Shown here piece by piece: positions 8,059 through 17,014 of a stretch of DNA of 21,691 bases. The notes below the pieces were generated by a model. That model was not told the origin of the DNA and ran no database searches. It saw only the letters and a list, made by a program, of their open reading frames with translations. The stretch is taken from contig JBBRXO010000047.1 of assembly GCA_038248345.1 (NCBI GenBank), positions 1-21,691 of the forward strand, in the 5' to 3' direction. The DNA comes from Armatimonadota bacterium (lineage in GTDB: Bacteria; Armatimonadota; Hebobacteria; CAIYQO01). A program made the position numbers and the translations under genes. Each line of letters starts with the position of its first letter. Position 1 is the first letter of the stretch.

Positions 8059-8306
8059 GTGGCATGGGCGTCTCGCCCATGAGAACGGGCCACATTGGGA
8101 CGGGCCAATGCGGAGAATGGCGTTCTCAGGAGTTGTAGCCCGCGCCCGCCGTGGCGCGTATTTGCTTACATATTTGCGCCTCGGAATTACATCTTCGCGC
8201 CACGGCGGGCGCGGGCTACGGGGCAGGCGGGACGCCTACGTTCCCAGGGATGCCCCCTGAGGTTATGTGTTATTTGCCGTTCTCATGGGCGGGACGCCCA
8301 TGCTAC
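8059..8306. repeat. Nested REP mosaic between convergent genes
   Basis: Outer inverted pair gtggcatgggcgtctcgcccatgagaacgg (8059-8088) / 8277-8306. Inner perfect 24-bp inverted repeat at 8135-8158 / 8196-8219. A gcaggcgggacgcct REP is also present. Confidence 0.8.
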
Positions 8307-8312
8307 GAGTAC

Positions 8313-9164
8313 TTACCCGCCCACCAGCTCCCATTCCGCTCTGCGGCGCTGGTAGAACTCCTCATCGTAGGGGCCGAGTTCGAATTTCAGGGGGAGGGGT
8401 TCGCGACCGTAGCGGGTGAGGGCGGCGACGAGGAGGTACTGGTAGGCTTCGTTGTGCGGGCGCAGGGTGACGGCGCGACGTAGTTGTTTGATGCCGATCT
8501 CTAGGCGGCCGGTGGCGATGGCCATGCTCGCGAGGCGCACCAGGTAGTAATCGTCGAAGGAGGCCAGCTCCACGGCCACTTGCAGATGCTCATAGGCTTC
8601 CTCGAGCAGGTTCAACCGCTGGCAGAGGGTGGAGATGCGGAATTGGTAGAAGGCGATCTTCGGCTCCTGCAAGGCGGCGCTGGTCAATTCGTTCTTCGCC
8701 TCATCGAACAGCCCCATGCGCTCTAGCACGTCGCCCAGTTGATAGCGATAAAACCCGCGCTCGCCCTCCAGTGTCACCGCCAGCCGGTACTGCGCCAGCG
8801 CCTGGCTGAACATGCCGTAGCGCAGATACAGATCACCCAGGCTGGAGTGCGGCTCCGCCAGCATCGGCGACATCTCGATAGCCTTCTGGTAGGCGGTTAT
8901 CGCCAGGGGGATCTGCTCGGCCACCACATAGGCATCAGCGAGGCGGGTCTGGAAATGGCCGTTGGTTTTATCGAGTTTCAGCGCCCGCTTATACTCGGCA
9001 ATCGCCCGTGCGATGCGTCCATTGCGGATATAGGAATCAGCCAAGCGCACGCGCAGATACGCAGTCTCCGCTTTCAGGTCGTCATCACGATCCTGTTCCT
9101 GTTCATATCCGCGTTGCATGTCCTGCAACTCACGCCAGCGCTTCTGGGCAAAATCATCTATCAT
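8313..9164 (-). CDS. Tetratricopeptide repeat protein
   Basis: Repeated ~34-aa helical units (LADSY..G...AIAEYKRALKLD; LGDLY..G...ALAQYRLAV). Confidence 0.88.
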   Translation of the reverse strand: MIDDFAQKRWRELQDMQRGYEQEQDRDDDLKAETAYLRVRLADSYIRNGRIARAIAEYKRALKLDKTNGHFQTRLADAYVVAEQIPLAITAYQKAIEMSPMLAEPHSSLGDLYLRYGMFSQALAQYRLAVTLEGERGFYRYQLGDVLERMGLFDEAKNELTSAALQEPKIAFYQFRISTLCQRLNLLEEAYEHLQVAVELASFDDYYLVRLASMAIATGRLEIGIKQLRRAVTLRPHNEAYQYLLVAALTRYGREPLPLKFELGPYDEEFYQRRRAEWELVGG

Positions 9165-9279
9165 CTATTCTTCCGCCTAACTGGGTAGTCATTATATCAT
9201 TACCCACCTGGGTACGGAAGTAACGGCCCCCCCCCACTATGAAAAATAGTGGAGGGTTTTTGAAGATAAACAAAGGGTA

Positions 9280-9759
9280 TTATAATTGCGAGTATGGGGA
9301 ATTATCCTCTACAGTATTGCCAGTGATGCTGCTACTGACATTAACATTGCCTGATGCCGGGTCATAATCCCACGACGTGGCGACACTGGCGGGTCTATTG
9401 GGATCAAGTGGGTTCACCGGTATGCCGGGGTGATCAGTATAGCCAGAGCTCTGCAGATACGGCCCTTTGTAAGTGTTGGCCAATACCGGCTCGGCCGCGC
9501 CACCTACCCACCCATTGGGGGTACCACTGGCTACAATATCCGGCAAGGTAGCAGGGTAGACGCCGGTATCCGCCTGAAAACGCATCACTGCATGGCGGAT
9601 TCTCCCCAGGTTTTCCCGCATGTTCGCTTCTTTTGCCCGCCGTGTAGCTGACATCAGACGTGGTATCACAATCAAAGCTAAAATCGCAATTACTACAATT
9701 ACGATGAGCAACTCCACTAGTGTAAATCCGCGTGATATTCTCTTTTGATAGTTCTTCAT
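9280..9759 (-). CDS. Prepilin-type N-terminal cleavage/methylation protein (GspG-like pseudopilin)
   Basis: MKNYQKRISRG|FTLVELLIVIVVIAILALIVIP class III signal peptide; F.ADTG.YP and YKGPYL resemble GspG. Start placed at the ATG at 9759. Confidence 0.88.
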   Translation of the reverse strand: MKNYQKRISRGFTLVELLIVIVVIAILALIVIPRLMSATRRAKEANMRENLGRIRHAVMRFQADTGVYPATLPDIVASGTPNGWVGGAAEPVLANTYKGPYLQSSGYTDHPGIPVNPLDPNRPASVATSWDYDPASGNVNVSSSITGNTVEDNSPYSQL

Positions 9760-9898
9760 ATCCTGCCCTCGGTTAACGGAACATATACCTCCCGCTTTCC
9801 TTAGCATTTATACCCGTATCAATATATTTTATCCCATCTTCACTGGTATATGTGTGGTAGATAATTAACATGACGTTAAAATCACCGATTCTTATCAG

Positions 9899-11005
9899 TT
9901 ATCTGCGACGGCGTGGGCGGTTTCGTGGTGTTTCCGCCGGGGTGGCGCCAGCCGCAGGTTTCTCGGGGGACGCTGCAGCAGGCGGCGTCCCTGGAGTGGC
10001 ATTAGCCTGGCCAGGGCGGCGCCGGCGGCGGCGCGGGCGCTGGCTGGTTGGCGCGTCTGTGCTACTGGTCGTCGTATTCTGCTCACGCATCTCAGGGACA
10101 AAATCGTCGATGATGATTATCTTGCCCGGTTCGTCGTAGAAACCCTCTTCGCTGGTAACGATCATCTCTTCCGGCTCGTCCATTTGGGGTGCGCAGCATT
10201 TACCGGCGCAGGTGCCGCCAGTCAGTTCATCCACCGGGATCCATGCAGGAGGCTCATTTTCCACCGCCACCTCCACCTGGCGGCCCAGCAGATTCACGCG
10301 AAGCACTTTGCCCGGGCCGTTTTGCGTCTGCACGGTGGAGTTCACCCGCGGCAGCTCGCCACGCATCTCATTATACATATCATTTTCAAAGGCCAGGCAG
10401 CACATCAGCCGCCCACAGGCCCCGCTGATCTTCTGCGGATTCAACGCCAGCCCCTGTACCTTGGCCATACTGATAGAGACGGGGGCAAAATTGTTCAGAA
10501 AGCTGGAGCAGCAGAGGCCGCGCCCGCATATTCCACAGCCATTGATTAGCTTGGCTTCATCGCGCACACCCACCTGGCGCAGCTCGATACGCGCGTGCAG
10601 CTCCCGCGCCAGCTCCCGCACCAGCTCGCGGAAATCCACACGGTTCTCCGAGAGAAAGTGGATCAGCACATTGGAGGCATCCAGGCTGATTTGCGCGTCG
10701 ATGAGTTGCATCGGCAACTTTAGACCTTCCACATGCTGGCGACAAGCCACCAGCGCCGCCCCCTCGCGGGCCCGGTTATCGCTGTTGCGTTTGATATCGT
10801 AGGCAGTCGCCCGGCGCAGCACCGTATCCAACGGCGGCGCACCATCTCCGGGCATATTATATGGCGGCTCTTTCACCACGCCCAGCTCCACCCCGCGCGC
10901 GGATACCACCACTACCTGCTCGCCGCGATAATAGCTCTCTCCCCGTGGATCAAAATAGTATATTTTCCCCGCCGTGCGGAGGCTGATGCCTACGACAATG
11001 GGCAT
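9899..11005 (-). CDS. ricT: PSP1-domain / RicT (YaaT) regulatory Fe-S complex subunit-like protein
   Basis: GKIYYFDP, RVDFRELVRELA, RIELRQVGVRDEAK, CGRGLCC and KISGACGRLMCCLAFE. Confidence 0.9.
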   Translation of the reverse strand: MPIVVGISLRTAGKIYYFDPRGESYYRGEQVVVVSARGVELGVVKEPPYNMPGDGAPPLDTVLRRATAYDIKRNSDNRAREGAALVACRQHVEGLKLPMQLIDAQISLDASNVLIHFLSENRVDFRELVRELARELHARIELRQVGVRDEAKLINGCGICGRGLCCSSFLNNFAPVSISMAKVQGLALNPQKISGACGRLMCCLAFENDMYNEMRGELPRVNSTVQTQNGPGKVLRVNLLGRQVEVAVENEPPAWIPVDELTGGTCAGKCCAPQMDEPEEMIVTSEEGFYDEPGKIIIIDDFVPEMREQNTTTSSTDAPTSQRPRRRRRRPGQANATPGTPPAAASPEKPAAGATPAETPRNRPRRRR

Positions 11006-11050
11006 TTCTTCACATCATTCCGGACAACACGGTGCCCTGGGTATATCTCT

Positions 11051-11404
11051 TTAAGCGGCATATTCTACCGTCACAACAGTATGTAATCCGCCACGCACAT
11101 TAAAATCGCCCGTCACCGTCATGCGGCGCGGAGCGCAGGCGGCCACCAGGTCGTCCAGTATCTGGTTGGTCACCGCCTCGTGGAAAGCTCCCTCGTTGCG
11201 GTAAGACCAGAAATACAGCTTCAGCGACTTCAACTCCAGACAGAGCTTATCCGGCACATAGCTGATGTTGATGACGGCGAAATCCGGCTGCCCGGTCTTC
11301 GGACAGACGCAGGTGAACTCCGGCGTGCTGATATTTATCGTATAATCCCGCCCCGGATTTGGGTTCTCAAAAGTCTCTAATTCGCGACCTGGCTGCGTGG
11401 ACAT
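11051..11404 (-). CDS. queF: NADPH-dependent preQ0 reductase (preQ1 synthase), type I
   Basis: [30 protein letters not shown] and FNVRGG. Start taken at MSTQ after GAGAGG. Confidence 0.95.
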   Translation of the reverse strand: MSTQPGRELETFENPNPGRDYTINISTPEFTCVCPKTGQPDFAVINISYVPDKLCLELKSLKLYFWSYRNEGAFHEAVTNQILDDLVAACAPRRMTVTGDFNVRGGLHTVVTVEYAA

Positions 11405-11522
11405 CTGACCTCTCTCTTTCCCGTACATCGTCCAAAAAACGATGACTTATGTATATGATACAAGAAAAGTGACGTTTCGCGCCAATTTGAGGGTAATTAT
11501 TGTCGAAGATCGTTTTTAGTGT

Positions 11523-11880
11523 CAAGCCATGATCCCTGGCCTGGCCGTGAACGGCCAGGCTGGAGGACCTACGACCGATCGGCCTTCGGACGGGACGGTT
11601 TAAGGAAAGCGTGCCCACCCGAAGGGGTGATGGAAACATCTTTCCACCACCCTTTCAGGGTGGGATATCGAAGACGATTCATACCCGGCGCTTACGCACC
11701 GGGCTATATTCCATCACCGATTCGCGGTGGATAGTTTTGCGCTGGGATTAAAATCCCGGCTGCGTGGCGCTACGCGCCGGTCGTCCGCCTTCGCGGACTT
11801 GTCTGAGCCAAACAATAGCGCGCTTTAGCGTGCTTGCCGCCTGGCCGCCATAGCCAGGATGGCGACGGCGGGTTGTTAGC
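11523..11880. repeat. Cluster of REP-like elements of three families
   Basis: 11523-11598 is homologous (inverted) to the right arm of the 14738-14883 element. An imperfect ccacccgaaggggtg / caccctttcagggtggg inverted pair follows. 11741-11800 is homologous to 2172-2232 and 18680-18737. Confidence 0.75.
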
Positions 11881-11947
11881 CACCTCCTTCGGGGGACGTA
11901 TTCACTACTTATATTCTCTTCGTGCCTTCGTGGTTCACTTCACCCCT

Positions 11948-13261
11948 TCACCCCTTCGCCCCTATCAACAACTCCTCTACCGTCACCTGCTCGCCGGTCC
12001 AGTCAGGGTGGAGGCGGTGCAAGCTGCCGTTGAGGCTGGTGGCGCCGTTCTGCAACAGCACGGCCTCGATGTCGGCGCTCTCGCGGGCGTCGTTGGGCAG
12101 GCCGTCGGGCCAGTCGATGGTGGGCAACTCCGGGGTATATTTTGCCCCGTGTTTCACCTCCAGGCACTGCGCCAGGTAGAGCGCTTGCGCCAACCCGGCG
12201 GTGAAGTAGGCGCGTTTGCGCGCTACCTTGGCCAGCGTGCGTAGCAGGCGATATTTCAACGCACGGCCGCTCTCCGCCACGCCGAATTTGTCGATACCGA
12301 AGAGAGAAGGCGCGGTCTCGCTGGTGAGCAACGCCAGGTCGGTGAGCCGGTCGATCTCGGTGAAGGCCGCTGTCAGGTGTGCGTCCCAGGTGAGGTACTC
12401 CGGGCGCGGGCGCGTCTGCGGGTCGAAGGGGATGATCTCCAGATCCTCCAACGCCACCGTGCCGTCCGGGCGGATGAAGTCCAACGGCACCGCCAGCCGC
12501 GGCGAAGCGTGCTTGCGCAACACCTCCGACACCTGCGATAGCCGCTCGTTGAGCGCGGCGAAGAGGCTCTCCAGCCCCAGATAATCGGAGTAGCCCCAGA
12601 AGCGGCTGCCGGTCCGGTAGTTGGGGATGTGGATAAGCGGTATCGCGTCGATGCTTGTCTCCTCCACTGCCAGCGGCGCGTGGTCAGCGTAGAGCGCGCT
12701 CAACGGCAGCTCCTCCTCCGGCTGCAACGTCACCGGGTCGGCGCGATGCAGCAGGCGGCGCACTTGCCCAGGAGTATGGACATCGCGCCGCAATAGTGTC
12801 TCATCGCCCAGCATACGCGGCCAGCCCAGGGTGGCGCCGCGCATACCGCGCACGTTGTCCGGGTCGATATCCGGCACGAAGATCGCCGCCGACACCTCCT
12901 CGATGCGCGCGCCACGCGGCGTCCAGCGCACCGAGAGCACCGCGTCGCCCCGGAAGGAGGCGGCCAACGAGGCCTCATAACCCACCAGCCGCAGGTCACT
13001 GGCCATCACCAGTTTATCCAGCGCCGCCTGCGTCGCCGGATCGACGACATGGAAACGCGGCGTCTCGCCGAAGAGGATATCGGCGCAGGTTTTGCTGATA
13101 ATCCCCGCCAGGTTCGCCGTCAGGTAGCGCTGCATGCGCCGCGTCTCCGCCGGGCGCACCCGGAAAGCCTCCTCATGCCGCCCCTCGAAGAGCAGTTCAA
13201 AGCGCCGGTAATTCTCCCACCGCGCCGCATCCGCCGCTGTATACCACAAATCCGCCATCAT
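11948..13261 (-). CDS. Phage portal protein, SPP1 Gp6-like (solitary)
   Basis: About 437 aa. NLAGIISKTCADILFGE, GDAVLSV, IPLIHIPN..FWGYSDY..LNERLS, EYLTWD, ESGRALKYRL..K and IDWPDGLP are typical of SPP1-type portals. RBS GGAGGG lies just upstream of the ATG at 13261. Confidence 0.85.
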   Translation of the reverse strand: MMADLWYTAADAARWENYRRFELLFEGRHEEAFRVRPAETRRMQRYLTANLAGIISKTCADILFGETPRFHVVDPATQAALDKLVMASDLRLVGYEASLAASFRGDAVLSVRWTPRGARIEEVSAAIFVPDIDPDNVRGMRGATLGWPRMLGDETLLRRDVHTPGQVRRLLHRADPVTLQPEEELPLSALYADHAPLAVEETSIDAIPLIHIPNYRTGSRFWGYSDYLGLESLFAALNERLSQVSEVLRKHASPRLAVPLDFIRPDGTVALEDLEIIPFDPQTRPRPEYLTWDAHLTAAFTEIDRLTDLALLTSETAPSLFGIDKFGVAESGRALKYRLLRTLAKVARKRAYFTAGLAQALYLAQCLEVKHGAKYTPELPTIDWPDGLPNDARESADIEAVLLQNGATSLNGSLHRLHPDWTGEQVTVEELLIGAKG

Positions 13262-13287
13262 ACGCCCCTCCATTACTAAGATGATAA

Positions 13288-13317
13288 ATAATAGCAAACG
13301 TGCGTTTGATTTGTCAA
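13288..13317 (-). promoter_or_regulatory. sigma70-type promoter with embedded palindromic operator (LexA-box-like)
   Basis: Minus strand TTGACA-18 nt-TATTAT with TG extended -10. CAAAC-N4-GTTTG at 13295-13308 lies inside the spacer. Confidence 0.65.
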
Positions 13318-13337
13318 TAGGGAAGTAGTTTTTCTAT

Positions 13338-13590
13338 TGAACCACGAAGGCACAAAGGCACGAATAGGTTAGGATACATGGGTACCCTGGGAGCGCAGGC
13401 GTCCCGCCTGCCCGTAGCATGGGCGTCCCGCCCATGCGAACGGGGTTGCGATTCTTATGTTTTTTTCAACACAGAGGGCACGGAGAAAGTAAGTGGGGCT
13501 AGCAGTTGTTAACCACGTCCTTTAGGGCGTGGTGAGGAGCGCGGCCCTGCAAAAGTTTAGATATTTAGACCTTAGCGGGGCCGCGCTAAG
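13338..13590. repeat. Cluster of REP-like elements
   Basis: tgaaccacgaaggcac; cctgggagcgcaggcgtcccgcctgccc and gtagcatgggcgtcccgcccatg (inverted relatives near 8221-8306); accacgtcctttagggcgtggt (relative near 18840-18861). Confidence 0.7.
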
Positions 13591-13648
13591 GCTTGGCACC
13601 CTTCCAGACATCAATCCCTTTGCCCATTCTCCACAGAATTTGGAACTC

Positions 13649-14653
13649 CTACTTCACCCGCTTCTCCCACACTCCATCCCCACCAAGTTTATGGGGGAAT
13701 TTATCGCCCGCCAGCCATTTTTTTGCCGCGGGGTCGTCGCGCAGGTAGGCGTCCCAGAAGGCAGTGGTGCAGATGAGTGTATCGTTATTGATGGTAGCGT
13801 CGCCGGGCAGCGCTTTGCCGGTCAGGCGTTTGCCAGAGAAGACCATGTGGTCGGCGTCTTTGAAGGTGACCAGGTATTGGTCGGCGTTGCGGATATTGTC
13901 GTAGGGCACGCGACGCAGGTCGGCGGTATCCTCGATGAAGTCTTTGGCGCCGGTGATATGCAGTAGCGGTGTTTTAATACCGGCGTATATCAGTGGGTAA
14001 GCTTCCTTATTGCCGAAGACCGGCGAACTGATAGCGATACCCGCCTTCATGCGTGGCTCGGGCTGATTGAGTGGGCTACCCATCCCCGCCGCGACCAGCG
14101 TGGTAAAACTGCCGAAGGAGTGCCCGGCGATGCCAACGCGGTTCATATGCATCCGGCCTTTCAGCGCTTTATCATCGTCGTTCAGCCGTGTCAGTTCATC
14201 CAGCACGATGGCGATATCCTTTTGCCGGTTCAGCGCATTCTGCGGGTCAAGGGCAGCGTTGCGCATGGCGGCGAGTGGGTTTTGCTGGCCCTTCCACACG
14301 GAGGTGTCGCTACCGATGTGGGTGACATGCACCACTAGATAGCCGTAACTCGCCCAGTGTTGCCCCAGGTAGCTGTAGCCGTCGCGTGAGCCGCCCAGCC
14401 CATGCGAGAAGACGATCACCGGGCACGGGGCGGTGGCCAGCTTCGGGTAATATATCTTCACCGGCACCGCGCGCTTGCGCGTAGCGTCCTGCCACTCGGC
14501 GGTTATCTCCGCCACGGCATCGGGGCCAGGTTTCTCGGTGTAGTTCACCACCTTACTAGCCTGCACCGGCAATGGGCGTGGCCATACACGGGTGAGGCCG
14601 TATGCAGCCAGCAGCAACATGACTATGGCGGTTATGGCGATGAATGTGCGCAT
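13649..14653 (-). CDS. Exported alpha/beta hydrolase (dienelactone hydrolase / PAF-acetylhydrolase-like)
   Basis: N-terminal hydrophobic signal, VIVFSHGLGGS, nucleophile elbow GHSFG, ITGAKD and ADHMVF. Confidence 0.88.
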   Translation of the reverse strand: MRTFIAITAIVMLLLAAYGLTRVWPRPLPVQASKVVNYTEKPGPDAVAEITAEWQDATRKRAVPVKIYYPKLATAPCPVIVFSHGLGGSRDGYSYLGQHWASYGYLVVHVTHIGSDTSVWKGQQNPLAAMRNAALDPQNALNRQKDIAIVLDELTRLNDDDKALKGRMHMNRVGIAGHSFGSFTTLVAAGMGSPLNQPEPRMKAGIAISSPVFGNKEAYPLIYAGIKTPLLHITGAKDFIEDTADLRRVPYDNIRNADQYLVTFKDADHMVFSGKRLTGKALPGDATINNDTLICTTAFWDAYLRDDPAAKKWLAGDKFPHKLGGDGVWEKRVK

Positions 14654-14737
14654 GAAATTCCTCTAAATCATTATACCACTGTTCCCGTCCCTTGCCGCTG
14701 CATCCACAACAGCATTGTTTATAGCACCCATCCAGTT

Positions 14738-14883
14738 CGCCCAGCCGTGAACGACTGGGCTAGTGGGCTTCGCCGATCGTCCTTCGGACGGGACGAATTA
14801 ACCATGCCCGTCCCGCCCGAAGGGCGATCGGCCATAGGCCCTCCAGCCTGGTCGTTCACGGCCAGGCCAGGGATGAGGGCTTG
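14738..14883. repeat. REPIN-like long imperfect palindrome
   Basis: gccgtgaacgac..ccgatcgtccttcggacgggacg / cgtcccgcccgaagggcgatcgg..gtcgttcacggc; same family as 11523-11598. Confidence 0.75.
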
Positions 14884-14895
14884 TGGCTAAAACCG

Positions 14896-16062
14896 TTATG
14901 TCTGCCGCCGCATCCACAACAGCAGAAATGCCAGCAGCAGCGGGCAGAGGGTGCTGGTGGCGATGCCGAGATTGAGGGCGGAGTGGTCGGCGATGATGCC
15001 GATGGCCCAGGGCATGAAGATACCGCCAGCATTACCGAAGCCCCCGAGCAGCCCGAACATGGAGGCGCCGCCGCGCGGGTAACGGTCGGCGGTGATGCCC
15101 AGCATACTGGGCCACAGCGCGCTACCCGTGAACCCGACCAATATCGCCGCGCCCAGCGCCAGCCCGCGCCACGGGGAGAAACTGGCCAGCAGGAAAAGCG
15201 CCGCCGACACCCAACAACTGATCAGCATAATGGTCACCGGCTTCACGCGCGTGCCTAGCATCCCCGCACCCATCCGTGCCACGGTCATCGCCACCGAGAA
15301 ACCCAGCAGCGCCATGCCGCCGATCCATTTGCTATACCCCAGGCTCTCCTCGGCATAGGCGGGCAGCCACTGGGCAATGCCTACCTCAGCGGATCCGGCG
15401 AGGAAGATACCCAATAGCGCCACCAGAAAGACCGGCTGCCGCAACAGGTCACGTGCGCGGGTGCGCGTTTGCTCTGTGCCCACCAGATGGGGGATATGCA
15501 ACTGCAGGAAGCCGATGGCCACCAGCACGGGCAATATTATCAGCAGAAAACACAGCGTGCGCCAGCCGATCCCCGAGCGCAACGCCAGCGAGCCAGCGAG
15601 CACCGTCACCACCGCCCCCACGCAGTAGAAGGAGTGCAGCCAGTTCATCGCCGCGGTGCGTCGCTCCGGCTGGAAGGCGCAGACGATGGGGCTCAGCACC
15701 ATATCGAGCACGCCGGCCCCGAAGCCCATTAATGTCACCGCCGCCAGCACCGCCGGGTAGTCGGGGGCGAAACCGAGTACCAGCAAGCCGACCCCGACGA
15801 GGATATTGCCCAGCACCGCGAAAAGTTTCGGCCCCCAACGGTCGGCCAGCGGCCCGGTGATGAGGATCCCCGCCACCAGTCCGATGAAGGTCATCGCCCC
15901 GATGCGGCCCAGTTGTTCGTTAGTGAGTGGATGCCCAACCCCCAGCGACGCCCCCAGCGTGGTGAGGAAGACGGGGATAAGATTCACCGCCACCGCCAAC
16001 GACATCATGCCCGCGTAATTCACCGCCAACGCGAAAGCGAGCGAGGTTTTCTGTGAAGTCAT
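14896..16062 (-). CDS. MFS transporter
   Basis: 388 aa with about 12 hydrophobic segments and MFS motif A GPLADRWGPK. Confidence 0.92.
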   Translation of the reverse strand: MTSQKTSLAFALAVNYAGMMSLAVAVNLIPVFLTTLGASLGVGHPLTNEQLGRIGAMTFIGLVAGILITGPLADRWGPKLFAVLGNILVGVGLLVLGFAPDYPAVLAAVTLMGFGAGVLDMVLSPIVCAFQPERRTAAMNWLHSFYCVGAVVTVLAGSLALRSGIGWRTLCFLLIILPVLVAIGFLQLHIPHLVGTEQTRTRARDLLRQPVFLVALLGIFLAGSAEVGIAQWLPAYAEESLGYSKWIGGMALLGFSVAMTVARMGAGMLGTRVKPVTIMLISCWVSAALFLLASFSPWRGLALGAAILVGFTGSALWPSMLGITADRYPRGGASMFGLLGGFGNAGGIFMPWAIGIIADHSALNLGIATSTLCPLLLAFLLLWMRRQT

Positions 16063-16130
16063 ATCTACTGCAAAACTTTCTTAACGTGGGTTCCGCCCAC
16101 AGCCAAATATCAGTATCTGCCCTGCCTGCA

Positions 16131-16163
16131 ATCGTGGCATGGGCGTCCCGCCCATGCCACGAT
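16131..16163. repeat. REP hairpin
   Basis: atcgtggcatgggcg-tcc-cgcccatgccacgat, a perfect 15-bp stem; same family as 8059 and 13413. Confidence 0.75.
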
Positions 16164-16260
16164 AACCCACAACGCGCAACTTTTCTATACCTTTATTCAT
16201 CGGAAAAGGACAAATATCCGCGCACATTATCGCATGATATCCCATCGTGCGCCAGCTTCG

Positions 16261-16995
16261 TTACTCTCCGGTGGTGATGAAGCGGATCAAACGTTCTGCG
16301 CGGAAATATTCATCTATCTCCGCGTGACCCTGGCCGGCGACCACCACCAGTTCACCCGGCCCACCCAGCTCCTGGTAGCGTTTGATTAACTCGGCAGAGT
16401 TCGGTTCCAACGGTATCACCGTGTCATTATCGCCGTGGATATGCAGGATGGGCACGTGGGCGCGGGCCAGCGGTTGCAGCCGCTCAATGGGATTGTAATT
16501 GGCTAGCTCGCGCTGCAGCTGTTCCGTCGTAATGCCGAAGGTCTGTGCCGCTTCATCTAGCCCCGGAAATAATCTGATATCGCATACCGTGTAAATCCCT
16601 GCAATACGCAGGACCAGCGTCGGGTGCTCCGCGGCCCAGTTATATATCATCAACCCGCCCCGGCTTTGCGGCAACAGGACAGCCTGGGCGGCGAGATTAA
16701 ATTGGCGGGTGATCGCCGCGTAGAATTGGGTATAGACCTGCCGCCCGCTGATACTGCCGAATGATTCACCGACATCCATGCCCACAAAAGCCATATTCGC
16801 GCGCAGCACTGGCTCGATAATGCCATCAATACGCGCCCCGAGCGGGGTGCCAAACGAGGGCGCGTGCCATACCCAGTCGATAGTGTCCGTGGCGACTCGC
16901 GCTGTCGGCAGAATCACAAAACCAATCCGCCCGGCGACCTCTACCTGCACCATCCTGCCGCCGTATTCGGCGACATCCAGCATTTCAGCTGTCAT
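16261..16995 (-). CDS. Alpha/beta hydrolase fold protein (prolyl oligopeptidase-like C-terminal domain)
   Basis: PQSRGG elbow, ILHIHGDNDTVIP and GQGH suggest a Ser-Asp-His triad. Confidence 0.8.
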   Translation of the reverse strand: MTAEMLDVAEYGGRMVQVEVAGRIGFVILPTARVATDTIDWVWHAPSFGTPLGARIDGIIEPVLRANMAFVGMDVGESFGSISGRQVYTQFYAAITRQFNLAAQAVLLPQSRGGLMIYNWAAEHPTLVLRIAGIYTVCDIRLFPGLDEAAQTFGITTEQLQRELANYNPIERLQPLARAHVPILHIHGDNDTVIPLEPNSAELIKRYQELGGPGELVVVAGQGHAEIDEYFRAERLIRFITTGE

Positions 16996-17014
16996 AATTA
17001 CTCGCCTTCAGGCA

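Noticed and set aside
9231..9261. Hairpin ccactat/atagtgg with T-run as the pilin gene terminator
   Set aside because: The U-tract is on the plus strand while both flanking genes are on the minus strand, so its role is unclear.
11405..11520. preQ1 riboswitch upstream of queF
   Set aside because: No recognisable preQ1-I stem-loop plus A-rich tail on the coding strand; a cmscan would be needed to exclude other classes.
11948..13261. Prophage region
   Set aside because: No integrase, terminase, capsid, tail or att-like features; the neighbours are ordinary host genes.
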